Source of the DNA: a virus
Lineage: Duplodnaviria; Caudoviricetes
DNA: 64,000 nucleotides
Direction: 5' to 3' (one strand)
Virus record (IMG/VR): IMGVR_UViG_3300028591_000124
Location: 48,403-112,402 of that record
Shown here: in pieces, positions 40,890 through 51,204 of the stretch
Layout: each line of letters starts with the position of its first letter
Numbering within the stretch: position 1 is the first letter of the stretch
Program-made: the position numbers and the translations under genes
Notes under the pieces: generated by a model
The model's database searches: none
What the model was told of the DNA's origin: nothing
Seen by the model: only the letters and a program-made list of their open reading frames with translations

Positions 40890-41558
40890 CTCACAGAGGG
40901 AGTCGGTCAAACCCCATTTGGGGTTTCTCAGTCATACCCGTGAGGGCTCATACTGAGCCTCTGCAAGCAGTCCGTTCGCTCCGGAAGCCTATGCTTTCAC
41001 TCCTATGGAGTGGTCACGGCAATTTCTTCCGTCTTGTGACAACCAACACTCAGCATAGCTGAGTATGCAACGACTTCTTCGCTGGGACTGCTGCTACGTA
41101 GCAGATAACTCTACGAGTTATTCGGGTTGTTCCCCCGACTGGCACCCTTATAGGGTGTTGCTCAACCAGTGTTCGCTCCTCTTGCTTTCTAAAGCAAGAC
41201 TTGCCTGCCCTTGTGAGGCTACATTTGCAGAGCAAATGACTTGTGGTCGCTTTGCAAATGCAATTTTAGAACAAGTTCTAAAATTTGGTTGCTCTCTCTC
41301 GCGCCCGCTATGTGGGGCTGAGTGCATGTTGTCGGTCATCCGCTAAAGTTCCACAAGAACTTTAGTGCGCTTCTACGGGACTTGTTCTCTCTTCGAGAGA
41401 AGCGCATATAGCAGTTGGTGCTCTACTTTGTGACCCTAAAGGGTCAGTAGCGAGGGACGCTGCTCTTAGCTCCTAAAGGAGCCGTGTCGCAATACGTAAA
41501 GAACTCTATCATCGGGGTGCCATACGCTCTGTATCGCTGGGGACTTGTCCGATGACAC
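40890..41558 (-). ncRNA. putative large structured leader/ncRNA
   Basis: At least 12 perfect 6-11 bp hairpins in ~600 nt, no credible ORF, directly downstream of a TTTG-N20-TCTCTTTG promoter-like element. Confidence 0.55.
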
Positions 41559-41561
41559 CAA

Positions 41562-41593
41562 CAAAGAGAGTGGTAATTATCTTTTCTTCCAAA
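41562..41593 (-). promoter_or_regulatory. Bacteroidota sigma-A-like promoter (-33 TTTG / -7 TCTCTTTG)
   Basis: 20-nt spacing; one mismatch to TAnnTTTG. Confidence 0.55.
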
Positions 41594-42328
41594 TTTTTTT
41601 GCAAGTATTTTTTGAGAAAATCAAAATTAATTTTTTATATTTATATGAATATAAATATATTTTGAGTAAATTTTCGAGTATTTTGACAAAATTTGTTGGT
41701 AGGTAGCAAAGTGGGTGTTGAGAATTTTTACTGAAAGTTCGGAAATTGAAAAATTTTGACAGGATTGAAGAGTGGCGGTGGGACATCACAGTCAGGTAAA
41801 AGAAGCTGAAATGCCGACCTACAAAGGGAAACGACGATTTTCAATCCCAAATTTTTAATTGTTAAAAAGTCTTTCGAAAATCAAAACGAAATTTACTCCG
41901 CAGACAGTTATTCATATATTATATATAAGGTATATTGGTTCACTTATCATAAAAGTGAAACAAAAAAGATTTTACACCGATATTTTCGAAAACATCAGTA
42001 AATAAAGGCATTTCGAGACGTTTTGGCACTACCGAAAAAATAAAAAAACCGAACACCCCACCACCTTCGGACGGGGCACCCCACACAAAATTTTCCCGAA
42101 TTTTTGCAATCTCGTTTTCAGCCCTCAAAATCCCACCTTACACAACACTCATCCGTCTACTTAGACTAACTGAAAACTCTCTCATTATATTCTGGGTGCG
42201 CAGCACAGGCCGTCAGGCACACCAACACAACTCACCAAAACACCCCAAAAATTCACTAAATCTTTACAAAAATCGACTTTTACCATATCCCAAATTTTCT
42301 GGGAGCCCTATTTTTGCAGTCTCGTTTT

Positions 42329-42372
42329 TGACCACCACTTATGACCACCTTTTGACCACTACATTTGACCAC
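42329..42372 (+). repeat. four TGACCAC direct repeats
   Basis: Copies at 42329, 42342, 42353 and 42366. Confidence 0.8.
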
Positions 42373-42539
42373 CTGGGAACTTCGCAACAACTCAATAATA
42401 ACTTCGTAATAACTTAATAAAAGTTATCAAACCACAACTTAAATAAAAAACCAGGAAGCCTCAACAACCTCGCAATTTCCTGAAGCTATTTTTTAGAAAG
42501 CATCATTTTTATATCATTATTTATTTCAAAATTACACTC

Positions 42540-43052
42540 ATGATCAAAAACAGAAGCGAAAACCCCAAATTTGGTGAGGTTTACAAAGAAAAGATTACCA
42601 AAATGCCTGGTGGGTTTGGCATGATTCCTTGGGATTCTTTTAATTGCCTCAACCCAATTCAAACAGTTGTATGGCTTAAAATTTGTGAGACAGCTTACAA
42701 AACAGTTGCTAATAATTACATCACGATTAGTGAACCTTGGCTTAACAGAAATTTTGCTGATCGGTCAGAATGGAAAGATGTAATTAATACTGTACTTGAC
42801 TTGGAAGATATAGGATATATTTCATGTACCATATATAAAGCATCCATCACAATACGTATAGATTATGACAACTTAAACCTCATACTTCAAAAAGTTGGCC
42901 GTGAAAGGGGTGCTGGAATGAGAATCGCAAAGCTATCGACAAACATTTTGTCTTTAAGCAACGAAGAAATTGGTTCTGCATTAATACAACCAATTTATCA
43001 AGAAAGAGCTTGCGAAACCCTTAAAAATATCATTGATGAAATATGCGAATAA
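42540..43052 (+). CDS. hypothetical winged-helix-like protein
   Basis: VINTVLDLEDIGYI..ITIRIDYD. Confidence 0.6.
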   Translation: MIKNRSENPKFGEVYKEKITKMPGGFGMIPWDSFNCLNPIQTVVWLKICETAYKTVANNYITISEPWLNRNFADRSEWKDVINTVLDLEDIGYISCTIYKASITIRIDYDNLNLILQKVGRERGAGMRIAKLSTNILSLSNEEIGSALIQPIYQERACETLKNIIDEICE

Positions 43053-43073
43053 GTACATTAAATCGCCTACATC

Positions 43074-43580
43074 ATGAGAAAGGGTACATGGAAGCCTCTA
43101 AGCGACGCTTCTAAAAATCAAAATAGAAAACGAGTGAATGATTTATTTATGAGCAAAAAGAATGGATACGGACATGACAAACGACTAATTACTATCTTCT
43201 TCCAGAAAGAAGCAAAGGTATTTGACTATGTGCGCTCCACCATTCAAGCTTTTGGATCATGCATTCGTAATGACAGTAAAATTGCGAGAATGACTGCCTG
43301 CAACAGAATTGTCTGCAAAGAAATACTGGACGCTCTTGTGTACGATATGGAAATATTGCGTTACACAACTCCTCTGGATGATGATGTTGAACTGATCGAA
43401 ATAAACGACGATGTATTCAACAAACTCAATGATTTGCTTTATGAAGTCTCAGATGAAGGGGCTATTGAATTACGAAAACTTATAAAATATGGTTCGCTCA
43501 AAAATGATTATAGACACCTTTTGGAAAAAATTCCAGCAAAATATCTCAGGAGTCATGAAAATGAATGTGTCGATTTTTGA
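43074..43580 (+). CDS. hypothetical winged-helix-like protein (replication initiator-like)
   Basis: KIARMTACNRIVCKEILDALV HTH-like segment; ends inside the first iteron-like repeat. Confidence 0.55.
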   Translation: MRKGTWKPLSDASKNQNRKRVNDLFMSKKNGYGHDKRLITIFFQKEAKVFDYVRSTIQAFGSCIRNDSKIARMTACNRIVCKEILDALVYDMEILRYTTPLDDDVELIEINDDVFNKLNDLLYEVSDEGAIELRKLIKYGSLKNDYRHLLEKIPAKYLRSHENECVDF

Positions 43581-43646
43581 ACACATTATTTTCCGAATGT
43601 GTCGATTTTTCGACACACTTTTTTGGAATGTGTCGATTTTTCGACA
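43563..43646. repeat. three palindromic iteron-like repeats (putative replication origin)
   Basis: GAATGTGTCGATTTTT(C)GA at 43563, 43595 and 43626, followed by an AT-rich tract. Confidence 0.8.
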
Positions 43647-43921
43647 GGCTCAAACATATATAAGAGAGAATAATATAGAAGAGAATATTTTTAATAGAAG
43701 AGTCCGCGCACGTAAACTTCAGATAAAGAGCAAGGTGTTTTCTTATTCGAGTGAGTCATACTTCCAGTTATGCGTAAGCAATATAAATTATATTCCCAGG
43801 TCTTTTAATTATATTAATCGAAACAATTATTCAAGTATATCAAGACAATTTAAGACAGTTTATATATTAAGGGGTTCTTAGGGGAAATTTTTAATTTTCG
43901 AATTTAAAACAAAAATACGAT

Positions 43922-44401
43922 ATGGAACAACAACAAAAATCAAAGACCAAAAGCGGCAGGACCGAAACCCGCATGACGGAGACGGAGCTGGCCATCAGGC
44001 GAACGACGCTTCCACTGCATTCGTTCCTGACCGCCGACGAACTATCGCTCTACTATATTTTGGACCGGTTCCCAGTTCAGAGTCCAAACGGCATCGGCGA
44101 CCCGAAATTTGCCGGAGCCTTGTCATCCATCATGGGCCGTTCGCTGAAGGACACCAGGGCCGCTATCAGCTCTCTCGCAGCTCTTGGGGTGGTTCTTGCC
44201 CCAGGCACCGACACTCTTGGCATGGAATCGGTCATAGATTTCCCAGTTGTTTGTACTTTCTGCAAACAACTTGGAGACTATCCAATTGGATTCGGAAGAT
44301 ACCTCAGGAAGATTTCTGGAGACACCAGGGTTGATTCTATCACTCCGATGGAATATACAAAAGCATATCAGAAAATGACAAACGTAAAACATAAAAATTA
44401 A
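43922..44401 (+). CDS. hypothetical winged-helix-like protein
   Basis: LSSIMGRSLKDTRAAISSLAALGVV. Confidence 0.6.
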   Translation: MEQQQKSKTKSGRTETRMTETELAIRRTTLPLHSFLTADELSLYYILDRFPVQSPNGIGDPKFAGALSSIMGRSLKDTRAAISSLAALGVVLAPGTDTLGMESVIDFPVVCTFCKQLGDYPIGFGRYLRKISGDTRVDSITPMEYTKAYQKMTNVKHKN

Positions 44402-45332
44402 AATTATGGAGATTGATGAAATTTTAAAGAAGAAAATTGCTGAGCAACTGAAGTCCAGCAATGAAAAAGTGGAAGTACTTCGCAAGCACATCGTAAATGA
44501 TGCCGGTCAGCAAGGCAGGGTTTACACAGACAGTGAGGAATGGTTTCTTGAACGTCTCGAAAGGGCCAAATCATATATTGGAAAAGCCCTGTTTGAGATT
44601 CAGAGATCGGATTTTAATGTTGAACACGAAATTCCAGAACTAATTAAAGCATGATTATGAATACGACTGTGATTTTTATTTTGGTGTGGTTGGCTGGTGC
44701 CATCATTAACTCATGTGCCATCTTATATGTGGTCAAAAAGAAGAACTGTACTTTCCAGGATCGATTGGACTATATCATATCCACGATAGTCATTTCTGGA
44801 TCTTTTGTTATCGACATCATATTATGTGTCGCGTATGTGTGTTCATATATAGAGTGGTACTTAACTGACAGAAGAAAATGACACTGGATATTGGAATTTA
44901 TCTTTTGGGGTACATCACAATGGTGGCCTTGTTATTGGGTTCTTATTTTAGGAACAAACCAAAGAATACAAAACTATCCGATGATGCAGCGGCGATTACG
45001 TGGTCTGTCATGATAGGTATTGGTTCGTGGCTATTTGTTGCGATATTCTTTTATGAAGTGTGGAGTGATAAAAAATTCAAAAACCGCAATGAGAATTTAT
45101 GATTTACACTCTATTGGTTGTTTTGGGTTCTATTTTTCATTAGATTCATTAATTTAAAAATTTATCTCATGACAAAGAAAGAACTTTTAGAAAACAAGAT
45201 CTTCCAGATGATGTCTGAAGACTCTGAAATTATTCTGGATGCACTGGGACATCACAGGGTCCGCACAGTAAGACGTGGCCAGACTCCCAGGACAGGCGAC
45301 AAATATGTATTGATTTTATCTGTGAAATAGTT

Positions 45333-45605
45333 ATGATTGAAGACAAGGAGATTTTCGATAAGGAGGCAATGGAACCTTCTTATGGTGAATACAAAGAAGA
45401 TTTGGTATCCGAATACTTGTGGCTGGATTCCAAGACTGCCAAATTGTATCGGTATATCCACAGTGACGCATTTGAGAAGCTTCCAGATCTCGAAAAAGAC
45501 GATCTTGGGTCTCAATTGGCCACTTATAAGACTCTCCTGAAGATTGTGGGCGACAGGGCCAGGAGAAACGGACTCTGGGACCAGATTCAAAACATCATCC
45601 AGTAG
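45333..45605 (+). CDS. small helical protein (crAss001_48-like)
   Basis: E...L..K..KL..YIHSDAF..L...EK..L..Q...Y...L..R pattern. Confidence 0.5.
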   Translation: MIEDKEIFDKEAMEPSYGEYKEDLVSEYLWLDSKTAKLYRYIHSDAFEKLPDLEKDDLGSQLATYKTLLKIVGDRARRNGLWDQIQNIIQ

Positions 45606-45829
45606 TCATAAGCTATTTATGAGTGAGCAGCAGAGGCTGAGGATGTGTTTTTCATATTAAAATTGTTTTAGGTTAGTAGTAATATTTATAGTTTTAGGTT
45701 TTTAGTTATTAGTATCACCGTTCGAGTCTGGGAAGATTTGAACGGTTTTTCTTATTAATTAAGGTTAAGTTCTGCTAAAGAATCGGGAATATTTCGTATC
45801 TTTGCAGCCTAAATGATAATCCGCATAAT

Positions 45830-46606
45830 ATGGAGGCAGACAAAGTTATAAAAGACGGTGACGTTGTTGTTTTTGGAAATACAATTGGTCACGTAATGTA
45901 TGTACGAAACGGTTGGGTTGGTGTTGACGCATATTTTACGGACACGAATCACAACAATCTTTTAGTAAATCTGTTTGATATAGACGAATCAAACATAGAT
46001 GTCCGATTGGCCAACGAAGATGAATCCAAGGAGTTCAAGTCTGCTTTGATGAAATTTGGGTATCACATCAAGTCAGATACAGGGAAACTCGTCAAAAGTC
46101 ATTTGTGGTCAGCTGGAGAATGGGTTGAGGTCAAGTCTGGTGAATCCGTAGTAAAGGGGATTATCACTGAGTTTGACACACCAAAGTCTGTTGTCTTGTC
46201 GGCAAGTCTTGACAAGACTCTCATATATTATTCTTTTGATATTGTTTCGTCAGAAGTACGTGTCCTGAAGATCTCAGAAAAGAAAAAGGCCCTGTCTGAA
46301 TTTGAGGCGGCTGGCTGGCACTGGGATCCAAAAGAGCTAAGGCCCGTCAGAATCATGCCGAGGTCAAAACCTGGCCAGATGTATTGGAGCATCACGGATA
46401 AATTTACCGTTAGATGTGAGGCAGACAATATGACTGAGAAACACAACCAACGGTATAATTCAGGAAACTATTTTGTGACACCAGAAGAAGCAAATGCAGC
46501 TCTCCAGCATTTACTTACATATCTTGATGGTCTTCGTATTCATTGTCATGACGGTCACGATGATCGTGACGGGTGCGCTTCTTTGATTGGAAATAAGGCT
46601 CTATAA
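45830..46606 (+). CDS. hypothetical Bacteroidota-phage protein
   Basis: RLANEDE repeat-like segment, RYNSGNYF; TATCTTTG promoter-like element at 45797. Confidence 0.75.
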   Translation: MEADKVIKDGDVVVFGNTIGHVMYVRNGWVGVDAYFTDTNHNNLLVNLFDIDESNIDVRLANEDESKEFKSALMKFGYHIKSDTGKLVKSHLWSAGEWVEVKSGESVVKGIITEFDTPKSVVLSASLDKTLIYYSFDIVSSEVRVLKISEKKKALSEFEAAGWHWDPKELRPVRIMPRSKPGQMYWSITDKFTVRCEADNMTEKHNQRYNSGNYFVTPEEANAALQHLLTYLDGLRIHCHDGHDDRDGCASLIGNKAL

Positions 46607-46802
46607 TACCAATACCCATTAGTGACGCAGATACAATGACTATGACTTCTGTTATTTCTGGTGCTTCGGAATGTTCCAGTGTACAGTGAATCATAACCCA
46701 CAATGCACACACCCAGCCTGCAACACCACAGGCTCGTTTACTGCTTACACGTCCTTCAGAAGTCGTAAAAATCTGGCCTAATTTATTAAAAACCGCTTTC
46801 AT
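46515..46802 (-). CDS. small two-TM holin-like protein
   Basis: SSKR motif followed by two hydrophobic helices; CTATTT motif 18 nt upstream. Confidence 0.55.
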   Translation of the reverse strand: MKAVFNKLGQIFTTSEGRVSSKRACGVAGWVCALWVMIHCTLEHSEAPEITEVIVIVSASLMGIGIIEPYFQSKKRTRHDHRDRHDNEYEDHQDM

Positions 46803-47003
46803 ACCTTTTATTGTAAATAGGCAGAAAGCGGTTCTTGAAGTTAGGGTTTCTTCTCCCACCAGAGGCAGCATCCGTCTCTCCAGCTTTCTCTACATGTGAG
46901 AATCAGATCTACGCATTTCTTATGTTTTCTTGGTGCCGGTTGCTTGAACTTCGCACAATTCTTACAGGTCCTTTCCGTTGACAGTCTTGGGTCTCGTTTC
47001 ATA

Positions 47004-47879
47004 TCAGAAAAAACTTTTTAGTCCCTGAATATACCAATAGTCATCAGCTGATTTCTCGCTGATTCGGCTGACAACCGATGTCTGGCCGTTATCCTTAGCC
47101 CATTGTTCCATTTTTGTGGCTGAGAATTGCGTATCTATAGAAACCATAGCTGAATCATAATTACGTATCCAACAATCGGTGATCTCTTCCAGGGTAAATT
47201 CTCCGACATCCCTGTTGATACGTTCCAGTGCCTTTGCGACTGCATCAGCAACATCCTTGACATATTTTCCTTCATATTTAGCCATCTGGAGTGCCCATAC
47301 ATAGCAAGCAGCCTCTATATCAGTCAGTTTCTCCCAGCCGTCATCTGTTTTTTCGGTAAGCCATACAAGTTTCTTGAAGAAAATACGGCTTAGTCTGTTT
47401 TCTTCACCGATTTCTGACAGTTGACCATCCTGAAAGTGCTTGTCCTGAATCTCATGAATACATGCTTTAATGATTTTGACAGCATCCGGATCACCAGGTG
47501 CTTCAATATCTGGGAATTTGAATATTTCTTTTGTCAGGACATCCACAGATACGTTTTCGTTTTTGGGAACGCGGTATGGCTTATCGTTGATTTTGATGGT
47601 CAATCCATTGTTCATGGCCGATACAAAATCCTCAGCGGCAGATTGAAGCATGGTCTCCAGAATAGAACCAGGTATTACTTGGTTTTCTATGTCCCACTCT
47701 TCATAATCAGGCACAATCTCTGGATCTTCGTCTTCAAAATCCATCTGATACAGCTCTTCTTTCAATTTGTGCCAGAAGAACGCCGTAAACAGCCACCATG
47801 TGTTTTTTCTGGCAGTCTCTGGGTGCTTCAGGATTGAACTGAGCGTTTCCTTATCAAAATTTTTCGAAATCCACTCCAT
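47004..47879 (-). CDS. hypothetical protein
   Basis: 291-aa ORF. Confidence 0.8.
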   Translation of the reverse strand: MEWISKNFDKETLSSILKHPETARKNTWWLFTAFFWHKLKEELYQMDFEDEDPEIVPDYEEWDIENQVIPGSILETMLQSAAEDFVSAMNNGLTIKINDKPYRVPKNENVSVDVLTKEIFKFPDIEAPGDPDAVKIIKACIHEIQDKHFQDGQLSEIGEENRLSRIFFKKLVWLTEKTDDGWEKLTDIEAACYVWALQMAKYEGKYVKDVADAVAKALERINRDVGEFTLEEITDCWIRNYDSAMVSIDTQFSATKMEQWAKDNGQTSVVSRISEKSADDYWYIQGLKSFF

Positions 47880-48618
47880 ACATTACTGAATTAAATGTTG
47901 TGATGAACTTTGTTGCGAACGTTGGATTTGACTTGGCAAAAGATATGATAACGGATGAAAACAGGTCAATCATGTTTGATCCCATTTCCTCCTTGTTTTC
48001 CATGCATCCGCATATAGACGCAATCAGATTTCTTTTGTCCTGTGATAGCAATATTGTCCTTATTTGATTGTTTATCCCGTCATGATGAACCACCAATAGG
48101 GAGTCAAGATCACAGACACTATCGCCAAGCTCAGTCAATATCCGCTCTAATTCCTCAGTTCTTTTTTGCATAGTTTTCTATTGTAATAATGTTGTAGCGT
48201 CCAGTAATGAATTCTTTGGCCTCTTCTTCTTTGTCAAAGATAGCTGGAGCCGTTGTGTCTCTACCGTCAGAAGTTTTGAGTGGAATACGTGCAGTCATCC
48301 ATATTGGGAACCACCAGTAACACACAGAAACAATGTAGCCAGTAGATTGCCCCTTTGGATTGTAGATTTTGAGAATCCTAAACTTTGGTTTGAAAAAACT
48401 CTTGTTCATGACTTTTTAATTTTAAATGTGAATACTATGATGAACAAGGAATTCTGCCTTTAATCAATTTCATTTCTGGATGTACCAGATTTCTGTTTTG
48501 CCCTTTGTCATGACGCGCTTTCTGTTGTAGCCCATCATTTTAGCGAACCTTCCAAGAGCCTGGTCGCTTGGTGCCAGGATATTGTAATCCTTGTACAATT
48601 GCACCATTTCCTTTTTTG

Positions 48619-49203
48619 TCATTGCTTTTTTGTTCTCCATTCCATGATCTGTTTGTTTATTTTGTTAATATTGAGGTATGTATGGCATCTTTCGCCTCCA
48701 TCTTTCCAGTCTTTCGGAATATTGTTTGCTGGCCCATTTTTCTCCATTTTTTCCTTGAAATAGAATGCACATGTATATCTGTCAAGACATAATGTTCCGT
48801 GACACTCAAACGGACCTTCTTTTAGAGGTGTTGCGAATGATTTGTCTACGAATATTGCAGTATCTGGAGTCTTGAATGCCGGTGGCGGTGTTCCAACTTC
48901 CCATACGTCATTGGATTTGTAGACTTCCAGTGTTTTGAGATTCATTATTCCGACGGTCTTTCCTTTGCCACCAAGGAAATCACCGACTTCTTTTTCTTTG
49001 CAATATGGATAAACTTTATATACGACACCACCGATAACTTCTTCTTTGGCACATGGATCTATTTCGCGTGACATCCAGGCGGCACATGCTCCGCATACAC
49101 CTTCCTCAAACATGATTCTGCGTATCATGGATCTTTTAGTGAAGAAGAAACAGCTATATACTGCTCCACAGACCCTGCATGTACCTATGTTTTCGTGTCT
49201 CAT
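48619..49203 (-). CDS. Cys-rich hypothetical protein
   Basis: CRVC..CGAC and a second C-terminal Cys cluster. Confidence 0.7.
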   Translation of the reverse strand: MRHENIGTCRVCGAVYSCFFFTKRSMIRRIMFEEGVCGACAAWMSREIDPCAKEEVIGGVVYKVYPYCKEKEVGDFLGGKGKTVGIMNLKTLEVYKSNDVWEVGTPPPAFKTPDTAIFVDKSFATPLKEGPFECHGTLCLDRYTCAFYFKEKMEKNGPANNIPKDWKDGGERCHTYLNINKINKQIMEWRTKKQ

Positions 49204-49784
49204 ACTTCTATCATTTCATATACTTCCGAAAGCTCTTCATCACGGATTCCAAGATACCTTCTTGTGATAGATATGTCAGAGTGATTGTAAATCTCTGAAA
49301 GCAAAGTCAGGGCTTTATCTGTGCATCCGTTCTTATCCCAGTATTCTCTCCCGAATGATTTTCTGAATGAGTGGCTACTGAAGTTGCCAACTTGGATGTT
49401 GTATTTCTCCTTCCATTCTTTCATGAGGCGGTCTATGTACTGTTTTGTGTATGGCTTTCCTGAGCGCATATTCAAAAAGATATAAGTATGCATATCTGGA
49501 GAGCCATTCATGACATAGAGGTTCTGAAATGTGCTTTGTGTTTTTTCAGAAACGACTATTTTACGCATTTTTCCGGTCTTCTGTTCGTTTAGGACAAATT
49601 TTTCCTTAAGGAGTTTGTCCCATGTCAGTTTTAGAACATCGGATATACGGAGTGCTGTTCCCTTTGCCACACGCGAAAACGTTTCACCAAGTACATTGTT
49701 GTCATTGTGTAATCCAGTGACGAGCTTGTGGTATTCATCAACACTCAAATAGTCTGCCTTTGTTGATTGATTTTTCTTACTCAT
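49200..49784 (-). CDS. small tyrosine recombinase (catalytic domain only)
   Basis: TALRISD, EQKTGK, HSFRK and YNHS..ITRRYLG give the full R-K-H-R-H-Y set. Confidence 0.9.
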   Translation of the reverse strand: MSKKNQSTKADYLSVDEYHKLVTGLHNDNNVLGETFSRVAKGTALRISDVLKLTWDKLLKEKFVLNEQKTGKMRKIVVSEKTQSTFQNLYVMNGSPDMHTYIFLNMRSGKPYTKQYIDRLMKEWKEKYNIQVGNFSSHSFRKSFGREYWDKNGCTDKALTLLSEIYNHSDISITRRYLGIRDEELSEVYEMIEV

Positions 49785-49975
49785 TTTGTATTTGTTTTAT
49801 TTTGGGTGCAAATTTAGAAACAAAATAAAACAAAATCAAGCAAAATTGGCAAAACGAAACAAATAATTAGGTTTGTTTAGATTGTTTAACAAGAACTATT
49901 TTACACAAAAAGCCCCCGCACCTTGAACTCCAACACAAGAGGTAGCGGGGGCCGACGAACGAGAACAGGGTTTCG

Positions 49976-50293
49976 TCAGAGGTCTAACCAGTCGTTAGCG
50001 AAGATGTCTTCCCATGTCGGCTGATAGTATGTTGCTTTTGCTTTATCACCCATAGGAGTGATTTTCAGAACCTGATGGTGATAATACAAGCCTTTCTTCA
50101 GACTCAGGAGTTCCTTTGTCTTTTTGTTTAGGCTTGTCATGTTCGGAATCACATCTGGTTTGATATTGGTTGGTATTTGCATCGTTATGATGCTGCCGTC
50201 ATTCCATCTGGTGAACACTTTTCCCTTCTGAAGGCCATCAATGACCTCTGCGAAAGAGAAATACTTAACAGGTAGTGGTGCTTTCTGTTCCAT
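49976..50293 (-). CDS. DUF2829 / Tad2-like protein
   Basis: FSFAEVIDGLQKGKVFTRWN ... YQPTWEDIFANDW. Confidence 0.7.
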   Translation of the reverse strand: MEQKAPLPVKYFSFAEVIDGLQKGKVFTRWNDGSIITMQIPTNIKPDVIPNMTSLNKKTKELLSLKKGLYYHHQVLKITPMGDKAKATYYQPTWEDIFANDWLDL

Positions 50294-50313
50294 AATCTAT
50301 TATTGTTTAGTTG

Positions 50314-50757
50314 TTACTTAACTCCTGTGTGTCCGAATCCTCCATCGCCACGTTCAGAGTCATCCAGCTTCTCTACAGGAACAAATACGCCCTTTGTGTA
50401 TTCCGTGATAACCATCTGTGCAATACGTTCGCCAGGATTGATTGTGAATGACTCACCGGACAGATTGATAAGGATTACTCCAATATCTCCTCGATACGAT
50501 GCATCAATTGTTCCTGGAGTATTCAGGACCGTGATTCCATGTTTCAGTGCCAGTCCGCTACGTGGTCTGATCTGAGCCTCGTAACCTTCTGGAAGCTGAA
50601 TGTGTAATCCAGTTGGGATAAGAGCGCGAGATAATGGCTTCAATACTACAGGTTCGTCAATATTCGCTCTCAAATCCATTCCTGAGCTGTTAGGATCCGC
50701 ATACTCTGGAAGCTTCTGCTTGCCAGTGTTTACTGTTTTGATTTCAATTGCTTTCAT
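50314..50757 (-). CDS. dut: dUTPase (trimeric)
   Basis: [27 protein letters not shown] and [10 protein letters not shown] motifs. Confidence 0.97.
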   Translation of the reverse strand: MKAIEIKTVNTGKQKLPEYADPNSSGMDLRANIDEPVVLKPLSRALIPTGLHIQLPEGYEAQIRPRSGLALKHGITVLNTPGTIDASYRGDIGVILINLSGESFTINPGERIAQMVITEYTKGVFVPVEKLDDSERGDGGFGHTGVK

Positions 50758-50772
50758 AATGTTTCTTGTTTT

Positions 50773-51204
50773 TTACCAGGGGTCGTTACTTTCTTTGTAC
50801 TTGTGATATTTTTTCTTTGGAGGTTTTGGCTTCCTCACTTTTCGAGGTTTAACCTTGTTCGTAAAGGTGTAGTGTTTATATTTGCTGCCCTTGATTTTCT
50901 CAAATTCGCTTTCCAGAAGAATTCCTGTTTTCTTTTGAGATCTGGTTGCGTAGATGTATCTATCAACATTGCACTCTTTGTCGAATTCAAGAAGTTCATC
51001 ATTTCCTATATCATCAACATCAATCATGATGTCTTTTGGAATGTACCGAATATAAAACCCCTTGCAGCAAACCCTTTCTCCTCTGATTGCCCTACTGATT
51101 TCGCCGGTGCCGACATTCATCAATTTTGCCAATTGACTAACGCCGCTTGCGACTGCCACCAGTTTAAGTTGCGGGTCGAATATTGCTATTTTTTTTGCTG
51201 TCAT
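50773..51204 (-). CDS. NUMOD1-like DNA-binding protein
   Basis: SGVSQLAKLMNV..GEISRAIRG..CKGFY. Confidence 0.5.
   Translation of the reverse strand: MTAKKIAIFDPQLKLVAVASGVSQLAKLMNVGTGEISRAIRGERVCCKGFYIRYIPKDIMIDVDDIGNDELLEFDKECNVDRYIYATRSQKKTGILLESEFEKIKGSKYKHYTFTNKVKPRKVRKPKPPKKKYHKYKESNDPW

Noticed and set aside
41050-42417. Short ORFs in the structured leader and strand-switch region
   Set aside because: Non-protein-like composition, on both strands, with weak starts.
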